From positions 843,172-907,171 of the forward strand of contig JAWQFM010000018.1 of NCBI GenBank assembly GCA_033442325.1: 64,000 nt of DNA, given 5' to 3'. The stretch's first letter is position 1; every line of letters begins with the position of its first letter. The DNA is from Salpingoeca rosetta (taxonomy: Eukaryota; Protista; Choanoflagellata). The translations under genes and the position numbers were made by a program. Shown here piece by piece: positions 33,588 to 49,849 of this stretch. The notes under the pieces are model-generated. The model was not told where the DNA came from. It saw only the letters and a program-made list of their open reading frames with translations, and made no database searches.

Positions 33588-34068
33588 GTGTATGCGTGTA
33601 TGTGTGTGCGTGTGTTAGCGTGGAGAGGTGTCAATCTTATCCCTTGGTGTTGCTAACTTACTTCATCACCTCTCATGTCCCCCTCATGTGCACATCACCA
33701 CGTACGATTCCGCCTTTATCGCCAAACAGTTTCGGATCTACGACAGCAGAGTGAAACAGCGGCCTATTTTCAGGTGCGGCCTGCGAATGCGCAGCGCGTT
33801 TCATGTGTAAATATCTGCGCAGTGCGCATATATGTGTGCGTGTGTGTGCGTATATATGTGCGTGTGCGTACGCTCTGTTGGTGTTCTTCAACGAGTTCAT
33901 ACTTGTCCTTGTGCGCATGTTCATGTTCATGCGTTCACGTTCATGCGTTCACGTGTGCGTATGTGTGTGTGTGCAGTACCGTCTACTCCGAGGCCGCGCT
34001 GAACTGCGTCGCCCTCACAAACGACGGACGGTGAGCACATGTATGCAGAGGGGGGGGGGTGTGGTGCA

Positions 34069-34122
<54 letters not shown>

Positions 34123-34123
34123 G

Positions 34124-34161
<38 letters not shown>

Positions 34162-34785
34162 ATGCATGCGTGTTAATGTGTGTGTTGAAGGCATCGACGC
34201 CACGCACCACACCGCATGCTCCCACGCAACCACGGCTGCACATTGTCCACCAAGTCGGCTCTCACGCTGCCCTCCCCTCCCCATGCTCTGTCACCACCAC
34301 CACCAGCCACGCCATCACTGGCGATGCGCTCGGACACACGCACCTCTTCGACATGCGCGCACGTGAGTGGCACCGCCCATGTGTATGTGTGTGTTTGTGT
34401 GTGTTTGTGTGTGTTTGTGTGTGTTTGTGTGTGTGTGTGTGTTTGTGTGTGTTTGAACTTGAGAATGTTATGTGAGCTGTGAGATAGACGTTCTATGCTT
34501 CCTTGCTCACGTGCATACACACACACGCACAATACACACACACACACACACACGATACACCAGGGCGGTCGATTGGCAAGTTCCACGGCCCCGTCGGCGC
34601 TGTGCGCAGCGTGTCCCTGCACCCGGTGCTGCCGTTTGTCGCTGTTGGAGGACTGGATCGACACGTGCGTGTGTACGACGTGACGACGCGCCAGCTCATG
34701 ACGAAGGTCTTCCTCAAGCAGCGCATTGAACACGTCCTCTTCACCAGTGAAGACAAGGTGCGTGTGTGCGTGTACGTGTGCGTGC

Positions 34786-34865
<80 letters not shown>

Positions 34866-35214
34866 CTTGCAAGTGTATGTGCGCGCGTTTGTACCCGATC
34901 CTGATATGGTGTATGTGTGCGCTTTGGGGTTGGACTGGCAGGTGGTTGTAAAGGACGACGAAGAGGAGGAGGAGGAAGCAGCTGTGAAGGCAGAGGAAGG
35001 CCATGGGGAGGAGATGGATGAAGACGATGTGATGTGGGCAGCGCTCGCATCGGCCAACGTGCCGAAGAAGGCAAAGATGGAACCAAAGAAAGAGGAGGAA
35101 CAGCAGGACGATGATGATGATGACGATGATGATGGTGGTGATGATGATGATGATGATGAGGACGATGAAGAAGAAGAAGAAGATGATGATGTGAAGGAGG
35201 AAGAGGACGTGTAA
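32035..35214 (+). CDS. WDR74: WD40 ribosome biogenesis factor WDR74/NSA1, multi-exon
   Basis: MKVVTCDETGLVK; AMGGK|DADLRIWD...IFKAKNVKNNRLNLQ|VPVHIRDVAF; FRIYDSRVKQRP; GGLDRHVRVYD...KVFLKQRI; acidic tail containing DDVMWAAL. Confidence 0.9.
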
Positions 35215-35447
35215 TCTGCCATGCCATGTCCTCCCCCCCCCCTCTTCCTGCCTCCCTGCTCTTGCTGTTGCCTCGCTCGTGTCCACAGAAGAGGGCGTTC
35301 ACTCGCGTGCTCTCGCCAATGAATGATTGAATGAATGAATCCGTGCATGCATGGACAAGTGGAACGAATTGAGGGAACACACAACCAACTCCAACAACAC
35401 TTTGCACAACCACCGCCGCAAGAACAACACCAGTCAGTGCGCGTGTG

Positions 35448-38392
<2,945 letters not shown>

Positions 38393-38680
38393 CACACTTG
38401 GCCATCACGTGTATGTGTGCGTATGTCTGTGTATGTCTGTGTGTGTGCCTCCTTCTTATCATCCTGACTCTCCATCCGCTGTTCGGTCGAATCACTGCGC
38501 TGTTGCCACGCTCTGTTCTAGTTTCTTCTCTCAGATGTGCACACATAATCCATTGAAGCGGAAGAAGGAACAATGAGCAAACTAGTCAATGCAAGTGGCT
38601 GCTTGGTGCTCCAAGCACACACACACACCATACACACTCACACACAGCGCGCACGTCTCGATCATGCTGGCTCCACAGTG

Positions 38681-39102
38681 CTATTGATTGCGTGTGTGCC
38701 CGTCCATGAGCGCCACGGCGGCGTTTAGATCCAGATCGTGCTGCTCTTCGGTCTGAACATTCTTCAACCGCACCTGGATTGTGAGGTGAGAGGTGGACAA
38801 GAATGGCACGGAAGGCATTCGGCGGTGGGGGATAAATCAAGTCGTGCATACGATGGCCAGAAGTGAACGTGACAAGAGGATGACACGCAAACACACCGAA
38901 ACGAGAAGGCGCAACAAAGAGCGAGCAAGCAAGCACACGCACGCGCATACACCACCACACCACACCTTGCCCGCCTGTGCTTCTTGGGTTCCGATGAATA
39001 CGAGATACGAAACGTTTTGTTGTAGCGCCTCCTTGATCTGAAATGTGACGTCATCATTATCATCAGCAGCAGAAGTAGCAGCAGCAGCACGGAAACATTG
39101 AT

Positions 39103-39153
<51 letters not shown>

Positions 39154-39155
39154 GC

Positions 39156-39189
<34 letters not shown>

Positions 39190-40175
39190 CTGCTCGTGAG
39201 TTGTTAAAGCACACCTGACGAAACATGCTGAAACACACACGCACACAACACAAAACAAATGCAACATATATGCAGCGCGCGGCAGCCAGACGCCCACCTG
39301 CTGCTTGACGCGGGCGCCGTGCGTGTGTGTCGTGGAAACACCACGACACCGCAACATATGCGCAACGCTGAGGGCGAAGCGTGACACCTCCGGCAGTGGT
39401 GATGATGATGACGATGACGACGATGATGAAGATGATGATGATGATGATGATGAGGTGGTGGTGGCGGAAGAAGCTGGCTGGTCGTGGATCTACAACAAAC
39501 GTATTGGCGTGATGCGATGTGTTTGTGCTTGGGTGAGACTGACATTGATGCAAGCAACATAATCCATGAACATGCACACGTACAACAAGCGATCATGAAC
39601 ACACCCACACACACAGACCCACACACATAGACACAGACACACAGACACACAGACCCACACACATAGACACAGACACACAGACACACAGACACACAAACAT
39701 ACAGACACACACACACACCTCGATGACGGCTGCTGTTGGCGGTGGCGGCGGATGAGAGACGTTGCACTCCTGCAGGAGCAGCACAAGTCGATCAACCCCG
39801 CACGCCCATCCGATGGCCTGATAGTGGTGGTGGTGGCGGTGAGTGGTGGTGAGGGATGCATGAAGAGAAGGGGCCGAGAGCTGCTGCTTGAAGACGCGGA
39901 TCACACAAACAAACAAACAAACATTGCCCTTTGTTTGCCGCAATTGCTTTCCCCATCTCTGAGCGCTGGGAACAGTGTAAGATTTCAGCGAGTTTTCCCC
40001 AATAAACCAGAACAAACAAACAGCACAGCACAGCACACCATACCGGGATTTGCCGCTTTGATCCGAGGATGGTGGCGAGTTGGTCGTATCGACCGCCAGC
40101 GAGCACCGTGTTCTGCGCACCCAGCCCTTCCGTCGTCACAAACTCCCACACCGTGTGCGTGCTGGTAGTAGGTGC

Positions 40176-40219
<44 letters not shown>

Positions 40220-40223
40220 GTGC

Positions 40224-40274
<51 letters not shown>

Positions 40275-41633
40275 TGTGTTTGTGCGAAGCAAAGAAAACA
40301 TGCATGAAGAACAATGTTCAAAACACATTATGCATGTACACACACACACACACATACGCACATACGCGCACACACACACACACTCACTAGTAGTCCAGCC
40401 CCCGTACAAGCTGCTCGTTGACGCTAAACGGAATGTCCAGCGCACGAAGACCATCAAGGACGCACTCCTTCCTCTCAAGGCCTTCGCTGGACGCAAAGTC
40501 CGCCATGCGCGGGGCACGTGCGGCAAGAACTTGATCGCCGCTGTCTTTGCTGTCCAGAATACGGAGTGGATTTCCACCGTCCAAACGCTCCTGGCTCGCG
40601 CGCGATAACGACGCCCGGTGCTCTAGACAGTTGTATTGAATTGTGTGTTGTGCATGTGTGTGTGTGTGTGTGTGTGGGCACGTGAGTACGTATGTGTGAG
40701 CATATTTGTGTGGATGTGTGCACGTGAGTACGTATGTGTGTGAGCAAGTGCGTGGATGTGCGAGCAAGTGCGTGCGTGTGTGTGTATATGTGTATCCCCG
40801 TTGCAGTAACAACCACGAAAGCCCCAATGATCGGCACCTTGGAAGTAGCTGGTGAGGGCCGTGCGGTGCTTTGCGCGCGTGTCCGCGTCAAATAGACTGT
40901 TGATCTCGAGCTGCGAATGACAGAAGCGCAGCGGCAGGGGCGATTGGTGAGGAGAAGCAATATTGTGGACACACCACCACATGGCTCATTCAATACTTGA
41001 CATCATTTGCTCTCACACACACACACACACTACATACACTACACACATATATACACCACATACACACACACTACACACACAAACAACACGCACACTCTCT
41101 ATCTCTCCCCTACAACACACAACACTGAACTGCACGCACCTTGACGTGACTGTCGAGCCCGAGCGAGCAGAGGAAATCGCGTGCGGAGGCGATGCATTCG
41201 ACGTCGGTGACTGGCAACGCGCTCCCAAAGCACTCCACCCCGCCCTGCCAAAACTGCAACATCCACACGCATGTGTGTGTGTGTGTGTTTGTGAATAACC
41301 TTTGTGAATGGTATGGAAGGTGGCACATGCTGCTGTGGTTGTCCAGTCCCGTCCAGTAACGGGTGTCATCAAGTTTCAACAGCATGCGTGCCGCACCTGT
41401 CGATATCGGCCCTTCTGCGGGCGCTCACGGCGGAACATGGGCCCAAAGTAAAACAGTCGCTGCCGCACAGATTCCCCGGCCAAGTTCTGGATCACAGCCC
41501 GTGTCACCCCTGGCCACAACAGCAGCGCATGCAAGGCGAGGGGATTCCCAAAAAAAAAAAAAACCATCAGCCTCTAACACGCTTGAATGTGGGCATTGGA
41601 AACACTCGCATGCACCATCAACACTCGCATTGG

Positions 41634-41667
<34 letters not shown>

Positions 41668-42606
41668 GCGCGCGCGCACACACGCACACACACACACCGG
41701 CAGTTCCTTCTGGGCGGAGACAGACGTTGGAGCCGTCTGCATCTTGGAATGCGAACATCTCCTTGTTGACCACGTCTGAGGTTGCGCCGAGGGATCGCTG
41801 GAACAGCTCGCTGTACTCAACTATCGGTGTACTCATCTGCAAGATCACACAGTGCAAAGCAAGCGGGCGAGGCAGCGAGCAGCGTGTGTCAGCACCGCAT
41901 CTTACTTTGCATGAATAGAAGAAAGCAGCGCGGGGTTCACACGTGTGTGAGTTGGTGCGCGTTGTCTACTTGGGTGTTTGTTTGGGTGTGTGTGGTCATG
42001 ATGAGATACACAGCTCCTTCTTCTACCTCGCTGTAGTTGTAAGCGTGAGCTGTTTCCTGAAGCGCCTGATACACAAAGCTGAACTCACGCTGCAAGCCTG
42101 GCATCACATCCCGTGTTCCCTTCACCAGCTGCAAACATGTGTGTGTGTGTGCGTGGGTGAGTGCGTGTGTGCGTGTGAGTGAGTGAGTGTGTGTGTGTGT
42201 GAGTGAGTGAGTGCGTGTGTGCATGTGCGCATGTGTGTGTGTGAGTGAGTGAGTGAGTGAGTAAAGGTGAGTGTGGTGGAAGATGGAGTCAAGGATCAGG
42301 ACAGCACCACTGCTTGTTTCAAATCATCGCAATGTCATACGCGCGCGACGCACACGTGCAGCCAGCTCAGCTCACCCGATGCTTTTGTCTTCGCTGTTGT
42401 CGTTGTTGTTGTTGTTGTGGCAACTCCGTACGCCTGTTTCCACTCACATTCCTTTGGCCACAGCTGCGCGCAGACACGACACCACTCGTCCAACACCTGC
42501 TGGTGCCGCTGCTGGTGTGCAAGTGTCGGTCCAGTGACCGCAGCAGCATCTGCATCTGCTGCCAGCGTGCAGCCCGACTCGTTGTCCTCCTTCCCATCAT
42601 CATCAT
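38681..42606 (-). CDS. hisS: Bacterial-type histidyl-tRNA synthetase with a putative mitochondrial transit peptide, multi-exon
   Basis: [114 protein letters not shown]. The first exon is Arg/Ser-rich and poor in acidic residues. Confidence 0.93.
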
Positions 42607-42619
42607 TGGTTTACATTAG

Positions 42620-42657
42620 GTCAAACTTGACAATGGCAGCGCAAAGTCAATTTTGCC
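42620..42657. promoter_or_regulatory. GTCAAACTTGAC (42620-42631) and GTCAATTTTGCC (42646-42657) in the HisRS / CAPZB bidirectional promoter
   Basis: Second exact copy of the 12-mer, with a near-palindromic variant starting 26 bp upstream. Confidence 0.55.
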
Positions 42658-42830
42658 CTCCCACAAATTGGCTGGCGGCCCCACAATCAATTCCTCGATG
42701 CCGAATTGTCTTGGGTGTTTTCCGCAGCTTTTCTTGCCTGTTTGGATTCACCAGCTCAGAGCAACAGCAAAGACGACGACAAGCAACCCAAGTCAGCACC
42801 GCCTCTCCAACACACACAAGACAGCCAAAC

Positions 42831-43090
42831 ATGGTGAGCGCAGTGAGGGAGGGCTTGCTCTGTCAGCGATGGCGGCGGCGGTGCTGTGATTGCGGATGTG
42901 AAGAACGAGGGTACACATAGGCCACGCAGCCGCGTGTCCTTCTTTGCTACGATGGAGCGTCTTGATCCAGTGTCTGTGAGTCTGAGTGTGTGTCTGTCTA
43001 TCACCATTGTGTAGAGAGTTTTGTTTGTGTTTCAATGACCGTGATTGCAGCAGCGACGAGGACATGGCGCTCACCGTGCTCGCTGAACTG

Positions 43091-43147
<57 letters not shown>

Positions 43148-43795
43148 ACGTGCCAGACGGAGCGCCAATTGGACTGCGCATTGGATCTGATGCGCCGCCT
43201 TCCTCCCCAGAACATTGAGGAGAACCTGACGGGTGTCATTGACCTGGTGCGTCGCAACACATGTGCCTGAAAAGAAACTGTGGTGGCGGACGAAGTGCAC
43301 TGTGGACCGCTCGTCAGCAGGGATGTGTGAGGGAGTTTGTGTCAATGTCTTTGTGACCTTGCATGCTGGCTTGTGAATCACATAGTGTGTGTGCGTGTTG
43401 GTGTATTCTCGCAGGTTCCCAGCCTGTGCGAGGAGCTGCTGTCGTCCATTGATCAGCCCTTGAAGATTGCCAAGGACGAGGCAAGCGGCCGCGACTACCT
43501 TCTCTGCGATTACAACCGCGACGCCGACTCATACAGGTGCTGCAACTGTCTTGTACAGCAACGTGTGTGTGTGTGTGTACGCTTTGGAGTGTCGTTTTTG
43601 CGTGTGTACGTGTTTCAAGTTGTGTCTTTGCTGCAAGCCCTGTTCTCGAGTGGGCGAATATGAGTTGGCAGCACCAATTGTTGATGCCTCCGCTCCTCAC
43701 GCCATCATGCGTCAGGTCACCATGGTCCAACAAGTACGATCCTCCACTGGAGGATGGTGCTGTGCCCTCCGACTCTCTTCGCGAGCTCGAGATCC

Positions 43796-43843
<48 letters not shown>

Positions 43844-44574
43844 ACTTGTACCTGTGTGCATGTGTGTCTGTCTACGGGCTGCTTTCCTTCTGTCATCGAC
43901 TCACCATCGCCACCATCCTCGTCGCCGTTGTCACTAACACAACCCCCCCCCCACAACCACCCCCACAACTGCCCCCGACCAATGCAGGCGAACCAGGCCT
44001 TTGACACATACCGCGAGCTGTACTATGAGGGCGGTGTTTCCTCCGTGTACTTGTGGGACCTGCAGGAGGGCTTTGCAGGCGTCATCCTCATCAAGAAGGG
44101 TGGGTTTTGAGTCGAATGCTGTCCACCTCGTGGGCGTGTGCGTGTGCGTGTGTATGTGTACGCGTTTACTGCTGCGTGCATTGCATTGCATTGCACTGCA
44201 CCGCAACCGCTTTCTGCCTCCTTGTCACCCCACCCCACATGCATGCACATGCGCGCATTTCCTCACACACACACATCCACACACACACACACTAACACAC
44301 ACACACTCACACCACCATCGCAGTTGGCGATGGCTCGAAGAAGATCAAGGGCTGCTATGATTCGATCCACGTGTTTGAGGTGCAGGAGACCAGCCGCGGC
44401 TCCAACGCCACATACAAGCTCACCTCAACCGTCATGCTTTGGCTCGAGGTGCGTGTCGGGACGTGTGTGTGTGTGTGTGGGTATGGGTGTGCGTGTGCGC
44501 GTGTGTGTTTGTTTGGGCGGATAACGGCGTCTTCGTTCTTTGTGTCAAAGTTTGGTTGTGTCCCGTCTCACTCC

Positions 44575-44649
<75 letters not shown>

Positions 44650-44949
44650 CACACACACATGTGCCGTGTGCAGACGAACAAAGAGACCAGCGGGATGATG
44701 CAGCTTGGCGGTTCGCTGACGCGCCAGGCGGAGAAGACGCTGACGGTGTCGCAGAGCAGCCCGCACATTGCCAACATCGGCACCATGGTGGAGGATATGG
44801 AGAACAACATGCGCAACACGCTCGACCAGATTTACTTTGGCAAGACAAAGGATGTTGTCAACTCGCTCCGCTCCGTCAACCCGCTGTCGTCCGAAGGACT
44901 CAAAAAGGACCTTCAAGCAGAGCTCTTCAAGACCCTCAAGCGCAAGTAA
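42831..44949 (+). CDS. CAPZB: F-actin capping protein beta subunit; the first coding exon is ATG only
   Basis: ATG|gtgagc...cag|[24 protein letters not shown]; [15 protein letters not shown]|[14 protein letters not shown]; [17 protein letters not shown]; [14 protein letters not shown]; [15 protein letters not shown]. Confidence 0.98.
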
Positions 44950-45453
44950 ACGCCTCCATTCCTGCCCTTCTCTCCCTCTCCTTCTCCCCATCACCCTTTC
45001 TTCCCTCCTTCCGCTTTATGCTTGTTCATTTGCCTGTTGGTGTTCGTGTGTGATTGTGCGTGAGCGACCGCTTGCTTGTCAGTGGCGTGTCCCTGTTGGA
45101 GCTTAGAGAAAGTCTTCATGTTGTGTGGCAGATGTGTGTACACGTGAGTGCCGTTGATGGTGTGAGTGCATGGAGCGAATGACAATGTGTCTGTCTACGT
45201 CTTGATGTTTTGTTTGCTTTGGTGTGTTCATTGTCATGGCGCGCGTGTGTATGTGTGTGCGTGTGTGTGCGTGCAACATTGCGGGAGGTACAGAGTGCAG
45301 TGTGCAGTGCGTGGCCCTCGTTCTCATGTCCTCTGTTATGAGTTACAAAAGCAATACAGCATTTTTTTCTTTCTTCATTTCCAGCATTGGGTTGTGGCAG
45401 AAGCGCACAAACGGCGGGCGGGCAGGTAACGTGTGCTCGAGCGAGCGCGCGCA

Positions 45454-45552
<99 letters not shown>

Positions 45553-45617
45553 ACACAGACACACACAGACACACACAGACACAGACACACAGACAGACAC
45601 ACACACACACACACCGT

Positions 45618-48500
45618 TCACGGTGCAGTCTCCTCGCGGTAATCACGTGCGCGTGCGCGCAGGCGGGTCTTGAGATCGTTGTCGCCGGCGGCGTCATGTG
45701 CACACACAGTCAACCGCGGCCTGTGTGGTTCGTAAACACGCTTGGACGCCGCAGTCACCTTCACCATGCGTGTGCCAGGCCCAATCGTGTCTGCAAGTCG
45801 CTCGCACGTGCCTGCAAGCAACTCCTGTTTAGTGTCGACCACGACGCGATGCACCTGCGACAGGCACGCAAAGTCACTGGGCTTTGACTTGTTTAGGTGC
45901 AGCGTGTGTACGTTGGAGAAAGACAGGTCTTCGCAAATTGACAGGTCACAGTCGCTCAGCGTGCACTCTCTCACGTTATGTACCCGATTCAGGCGCAGCT
46001 TGGAGCACGCTGTCAGCTCCACCTTGCGCGTGTTCACGAGCGATACACGTCCTTGCACATTGCACAATTTCGCCTCCGCTAATCCGTCAAGCACCACCTC
46101 GTTCCTGTTGCTCCCACGCCGACGTTGCTTGCCACAGTTGGCGCCCACGCTGCCTCCGTCATCGCCACCACCACTACCGTCATTATCTTCATTCAGACCT
46201 ACAGCTCGCTCACCGGGCTCTTCTTGCTCGTCACGCGCATCGCCTTTGCCGTCGTCGTCGTCGTCGTCATCATCATCATCAACGCAAGCATCGTGATGCG
46301 TGTGCCCTGTGCGTTCGTCTCCAGTCTCATGCATGCCGTTCTCATCATCCCCGCCACCTCGCCCTCCCTGTTTGCCCTCCAACTCACCGGCTTCATCCAT
46401 GAGCAGCACACGCGAACAGCTCACGCGTTGCAAGTGCCTGTGTGCAGCAACACCTTTCACGACTGGCGGGTCAGCCATCGGCGCCGCCATCACGAGCGAC
46501 ACGACCAAGGAGTGCGCGCCAGACACAGTCAGGTGGCGAAGAGCCGGCAGCAGCGACACGTCAAGCGTATACACAAGGTCGCTGACGTTGAGGCTGGTGA
46601 GATGGGCGTGTGCTGGTGTCAGCAGCTTTGCGTGTGATGCGTAAAGCTTCAACGAGCGAAGGGTCGGGACCAGGCTCTCCAAGCCAGCATAATTCTCACT
46701 GCAGAACTCAACTCTAACTGTCAGCGACTGTAGTTTCCTCAGCCGCTGCAGTGGTGTCAGGTCAACGTGTGTGTGGCTGGGCCATGTCATTCTCTCTGCT
46801 CTTGTCAGCACCAGGTGCTCCAGATGTGGGAACATCTCCTCCTCGCTTGCAAGAGTGCGACCTGCACGGCGAAGCAAAGGAAGGAGCTGCGTGTCGGTTG
46901 CACTCAGGTGCCTGCAGCGGGGGAGGTTGGGAACAGAGACGACGTAATCGCATGCACTGAGATGGAGCTCCTCCACGTCCACCAGTGCATTAACACTTGT
47001 CAACCCTTGCAGGTTGGTGAGACGGACACTCGGCACGCACGCCAAGGGGCCCAGCGTCTCATTCGTGATGGACGCTCCGCTACTGAGTGTCACGTGCTGC
47101 GCCTGTGCAAGCGGCTGCAGGTCAAGGCTGAGGTCCATGTCAACGTCGGCGTCTGTGTGAACAAAGTTGAGCACAACGCGCTGGACGCCACGCAGGCAGC
47201 CCAGATCCATCCGTCGGCGCACGCTCAGGGTGACCATGCGCACGTTGGTCAGCTGCGCCACGCGCCGCAGGCTGTCAGCAGCAAGCTCCAGCTTCTCGAC
47301 ATCGTAAATGTTGGAGACCTCCTCAACGCCGGCAGCCAGGACGCGCAGCGTCTGCACGTTGCCAAGGTTTGACACGGTCCGGGGTGGTCGGAGGGTCTGG
47401 AAGAGCGGGTTCGATCGTAGAGACAATTGCTGGATGGGCGGGAGGCCCAATCGCACGCGAGAGCGCAGGACGCAGTGCAGCAGCTCCAGCGCACGTGCTG
47501 ATGCCTGCTGCAGGGTGACGCGTGTCACGCTGGTGCACCTTGCCATCATGTCGAGCATCGCGTTTGATTCACGCGTGTCAACATGGGGCCAGAGTTGAAG
47601 TTCGTTGGCGTGAACAGGCAGTGCGCCCAATGCGGCGGCAGCGGCAACAGTTGGGGTGTCTGCAGTGTCACAAAGAATGTGTTTGCTGCAGAGATTTGGG
47701 ATCATGGAGCTGAGCGTGCTCTCGGATACGGTGCCTAGGGCAACGCAGGCGCACCCGATGTACATGTGCAGGCGGCGATCGGGCCACAGCGGGTAGAAGC
47801 GCACGGATGAGCTGCATCGGGGATCCGCTGCTAGCCACGCGAGCTCTGCTTCTGTCATGGCACAAGGGTTGATCCAGAGGCCAATCCACGCGTAGGCAAA
47901 CAGCCGCTGGCGATTAAAGACAATGTCGTTCATGTCTGTTGTGCGATCAAAGAGTGGATACGCCGCCTCTGGCCACGGCGCCAACAGTCGCGGATCTCCG
48001 CCTGCGTGCGGGTGGGATCTGATTGACTTTGCTGGCTGCGAATCCTCCTCCTCCTCTGACCGCACCCAAGCTTGGGGCAAGGTTGAGCCGGATGTGCTTG
48101 CACTGGGTTGTTGGTAGTGTTGGTGGCGTCTGCTGGCGGTGTCGACGGGCAGGGCGGGAGTTCGACGGTGTGATGAGCCTCCGCTGCGCCTCTGTTCCTT
48201 CTTAGGCCTCTTAGCTCTCTGACCATCACCACCACCATCACCGCAATCACCGCAATCACCGCCATCACTGCTGCGGTGAGTGGGCAGAAGAGGTCGATCC
48301 CAGCGGAGGAGTAGGCCTGGTTGCGAGCCGCGGACGGGCGGATCTGTGGCGATGGAGTGCTTTGGAACCTGATACACCAGTTCATCAAACATGCGCTTGG
48401 ATGTCCTGCTCAGCGCAAACACGTCCAGCACGTTGTCTAGATGACGTGCAACCAGCCCCCAGTGATGCACGTCCAGGGAGAGCGAGGAAGAGGACGACAT
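45618..48500 (-). CDS. Single-exon degenerate leucine-rich-repeat protein with an F-box-like N-terminus
   Basis: 960-codon ORF from ATG 48500. N-terminal [31 protein letters not shown], then LxxLxL repeats ([41 protein letters not shown]). Confidence 0.75.
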   Translation of the reverse strand: MSSSSSLSLDVHHWGLVARHLDNVLDVFALSRTSKRMFDELVYQVPKHSIATDPPVRGSQPGLLLRWDRPLLPTHRSSDGGDCGDCGDGGGDGQRAKRPKKEQRRSGGSSHRRTPALPVDTASRRHQHYQQPSASTSGSTLPQAWVRSEEEEDSQPAKSIRSHPHAGGDPRLLAPWPEAAYPLFDRTTDMNDIVFNRQRLFAYAWIGLWINPCAMTEAELAWLAADPRCSSSVRFYPLWPDRRLHMYIGCACVALGTVSESTLSSMIPNLCSKHILCDTADTPTVAAAAALGALPVHANELQLWPHVDTRESNAMLDMMARCTSVTRVTLQQASARALELLHCVLRSRVRLGLPPIQQLSLRSNPLFQTLRPPRTVSNLGNVQTLRVLAAGVEEVSNIYDVEKLELAADSLRRVAQLTNVRMVTLSVRRRMDLGCLRGVQRVVLNFVHTDADVDMDLSLDLQPLAQAQHVTLSSGASITNETLGPLACVPSVRLTNLQGLTSVNALVDVEELHLSACDYVVSVPNLPRCRHLSATDTQLLPLLRRAGRTLASEEEMFPHLEHLVLTRAERMTWPSHTHVDLTPLQRLRKLQSLTVRVEFCSENYAGLESLVPTLRSLKLYASHAKLLTPAHAHLTSLNVSDLVYTLDVSLLPALRHLTVSGAHSLVVSLVMAAPMADPPVVKGVAAHRHLQRVSCSRVLLMDEAGELEGKQGGRGGGDDENGMHETGDERTGHTHHDACVDDDDDDDDDDGKGDARDEQEEPGERAVGLNEDNDGSGGGDDGGSVGANCGKQRRRGSNRNEVVLDGLAEAKLCNVQGRVSLVNTRKVELTACSKLRLNRVHNVRECTLSDCDLSICEDLSFSNVHTLHLNKSKPSDFACLSQVHRVVVDTKQELLAGTCERLADTIGPGTRMVKVTAASKRVYEPHRPRLTVCAHDAAGDNDLKTRLRARARDYREETAP

Positions 48501-48569
48501 GCTGCATGGGCCCGCAGAAATAGGAGGGATGGGGATGATCTGAGAACACAAACACGTACATAAACAAAC

Positions 48570-48579
48570 AAAAAAAAAA
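48570..48579 (-). terminator. Pol III oligo-T terminator of tRNA-Val
   Basis: T10 run 8 nt after the tRNA 3' end on the minus strand. Confidence 0.85.
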
Positions 48580-48587
48580 GGACGATG

Positions 48588-48661
48588 TGTTTCCGTCCGG
48601 GCTCGAACCGGAGACCTTCAGTGTGTTAGACTGATGTGATAGCCAACTACACCACGGAAAC
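48588..48661 (-). tRNA. tRNA-Val, anticodon AAC
   Basis: GTTTCCG-TG-GTGTAGTTGGCTATCAC-A-TCAGT-CTAACAC-ACTGA-AGGTC-TCCGG-TTCGAGC-CCGGA-CGGAAAC-A folds as a full cloverleaf with A and B boxes. Confidence 0.98.
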
Positions 48662-48723
48662 AACTCTTGTTGTTGGGAATGGAGAAATTTATGTATATGA
48701 AAACAAATCGACTTGGGGTTTGG

Positions 48724-48788
<65 letters not shown>

Positions 48789-48811
48789 GTCAGAGAGTGT
48801 GTGTGTGTGTG

Positions 48812-49162
48812 TGTGACAGGACGCGTGTGAGTGTGAGCGTGTGTGTGTGAATGAGTTCGGACAGAATGTGAATAGGAGTGGAGTACCTCACTTCCTCGTG
48901 GCGGTGGTGTACGCCGGTGCTGTTACGATTCAAGGGAGTAAGCCATACGAGAGTACACTGAGCACAACACAGTTAAGAAAAATAAAATAATATCAACATG
49001 CACAACGCAGACGCGACGAGTCGTGTCAGGATGGGGATCGTCCGTGACTCGTCCAACACCAGAAGAGTCCGAAAAGAACTGCAGGTCTGGGTGAATGTAG
49101 TTTGTATGAGCGGACGGACGTAGTGATAGGCATAAAGAAATAACAGTATTACGTGCAATGGC
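48812..49162. mobile_element. Possible transposable-element terminus (LTR-like) running into an assembly gap
   Basis: Non-repetitive non-coding block starting TGTGACAGG within a (TG)n tract, containing AATAAA and inverted repeats, and ending at a 100-N gap beyond which (TG)n resumes. No TE coding sequence is visible. Confidence 0.3.
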
Positions 49163-49262
49163 NNNNNNNNNNNNNNNNNNNNNNNNNNNNNNNNNNNNNN
49201 NNNNNNNNNNNNNNNNNNNNNNNNNNNNNNNNNNNNNNNNNNNNNNNNNNNNNNNNNNNNNN
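49163..49262. other. Assembly gap (100 N)
   Basis: N run. Confidence 0.99.
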
Positions 49263-49272
49263 GGTTGGTTGG

Positions 49273-49336
<64 letters not shown>

Positions 49337-49849
49337 CTGTCACTCGCGCACACAACCACACATTCCCCCATCCCCCCCCACCCAACACATCCCGAACCCA
49401 CAACCCGCTTTGAGAGTGATTTTTTTTTTTTGCTCATGAGCAGAGCAGCATAATCGGAAGAGGGGTAGACCCATCAACGAAGAATGTGTCGTGGGTTGGG
49501 GAAGAGTTGTGGTGATGGCCACAGAAAAGAGAGAAACAAGAAGCGAGGTCAACCAACAACGACAAAACCACCTATGCCTTGCTTGGAGTTGAGAGGAGGG
49601 GGAACGATAAGGAGGGGGGGGGGAGTTGTGAAAAGTACACCGGGGAAAACATACGCCAGCAACCAAAACCGATTCGATGCACGACACGCAAAGGTCTACC
49701 AAGCACACGCACGCACTCATTCGCACACGCATGCATGCACACATTCGCACGCAAAATGCACGCACACATGCACGCCCAGGCACACGCACGCCCCTGCACG
49801 GTCAACACAAACAACTGCTGCTACTATGTGCAACCTGACACGCGCGCGC

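Noticed and set aside
44449-44673. Continuous ORF through a CAPZB intron, suggesting a 75-aa His-Thr insertion
   Set aside because: Canonical GT-AG ends, and removal restores the conserved MLWLE-TNK sequence; microsatellites simply lack stop codons.
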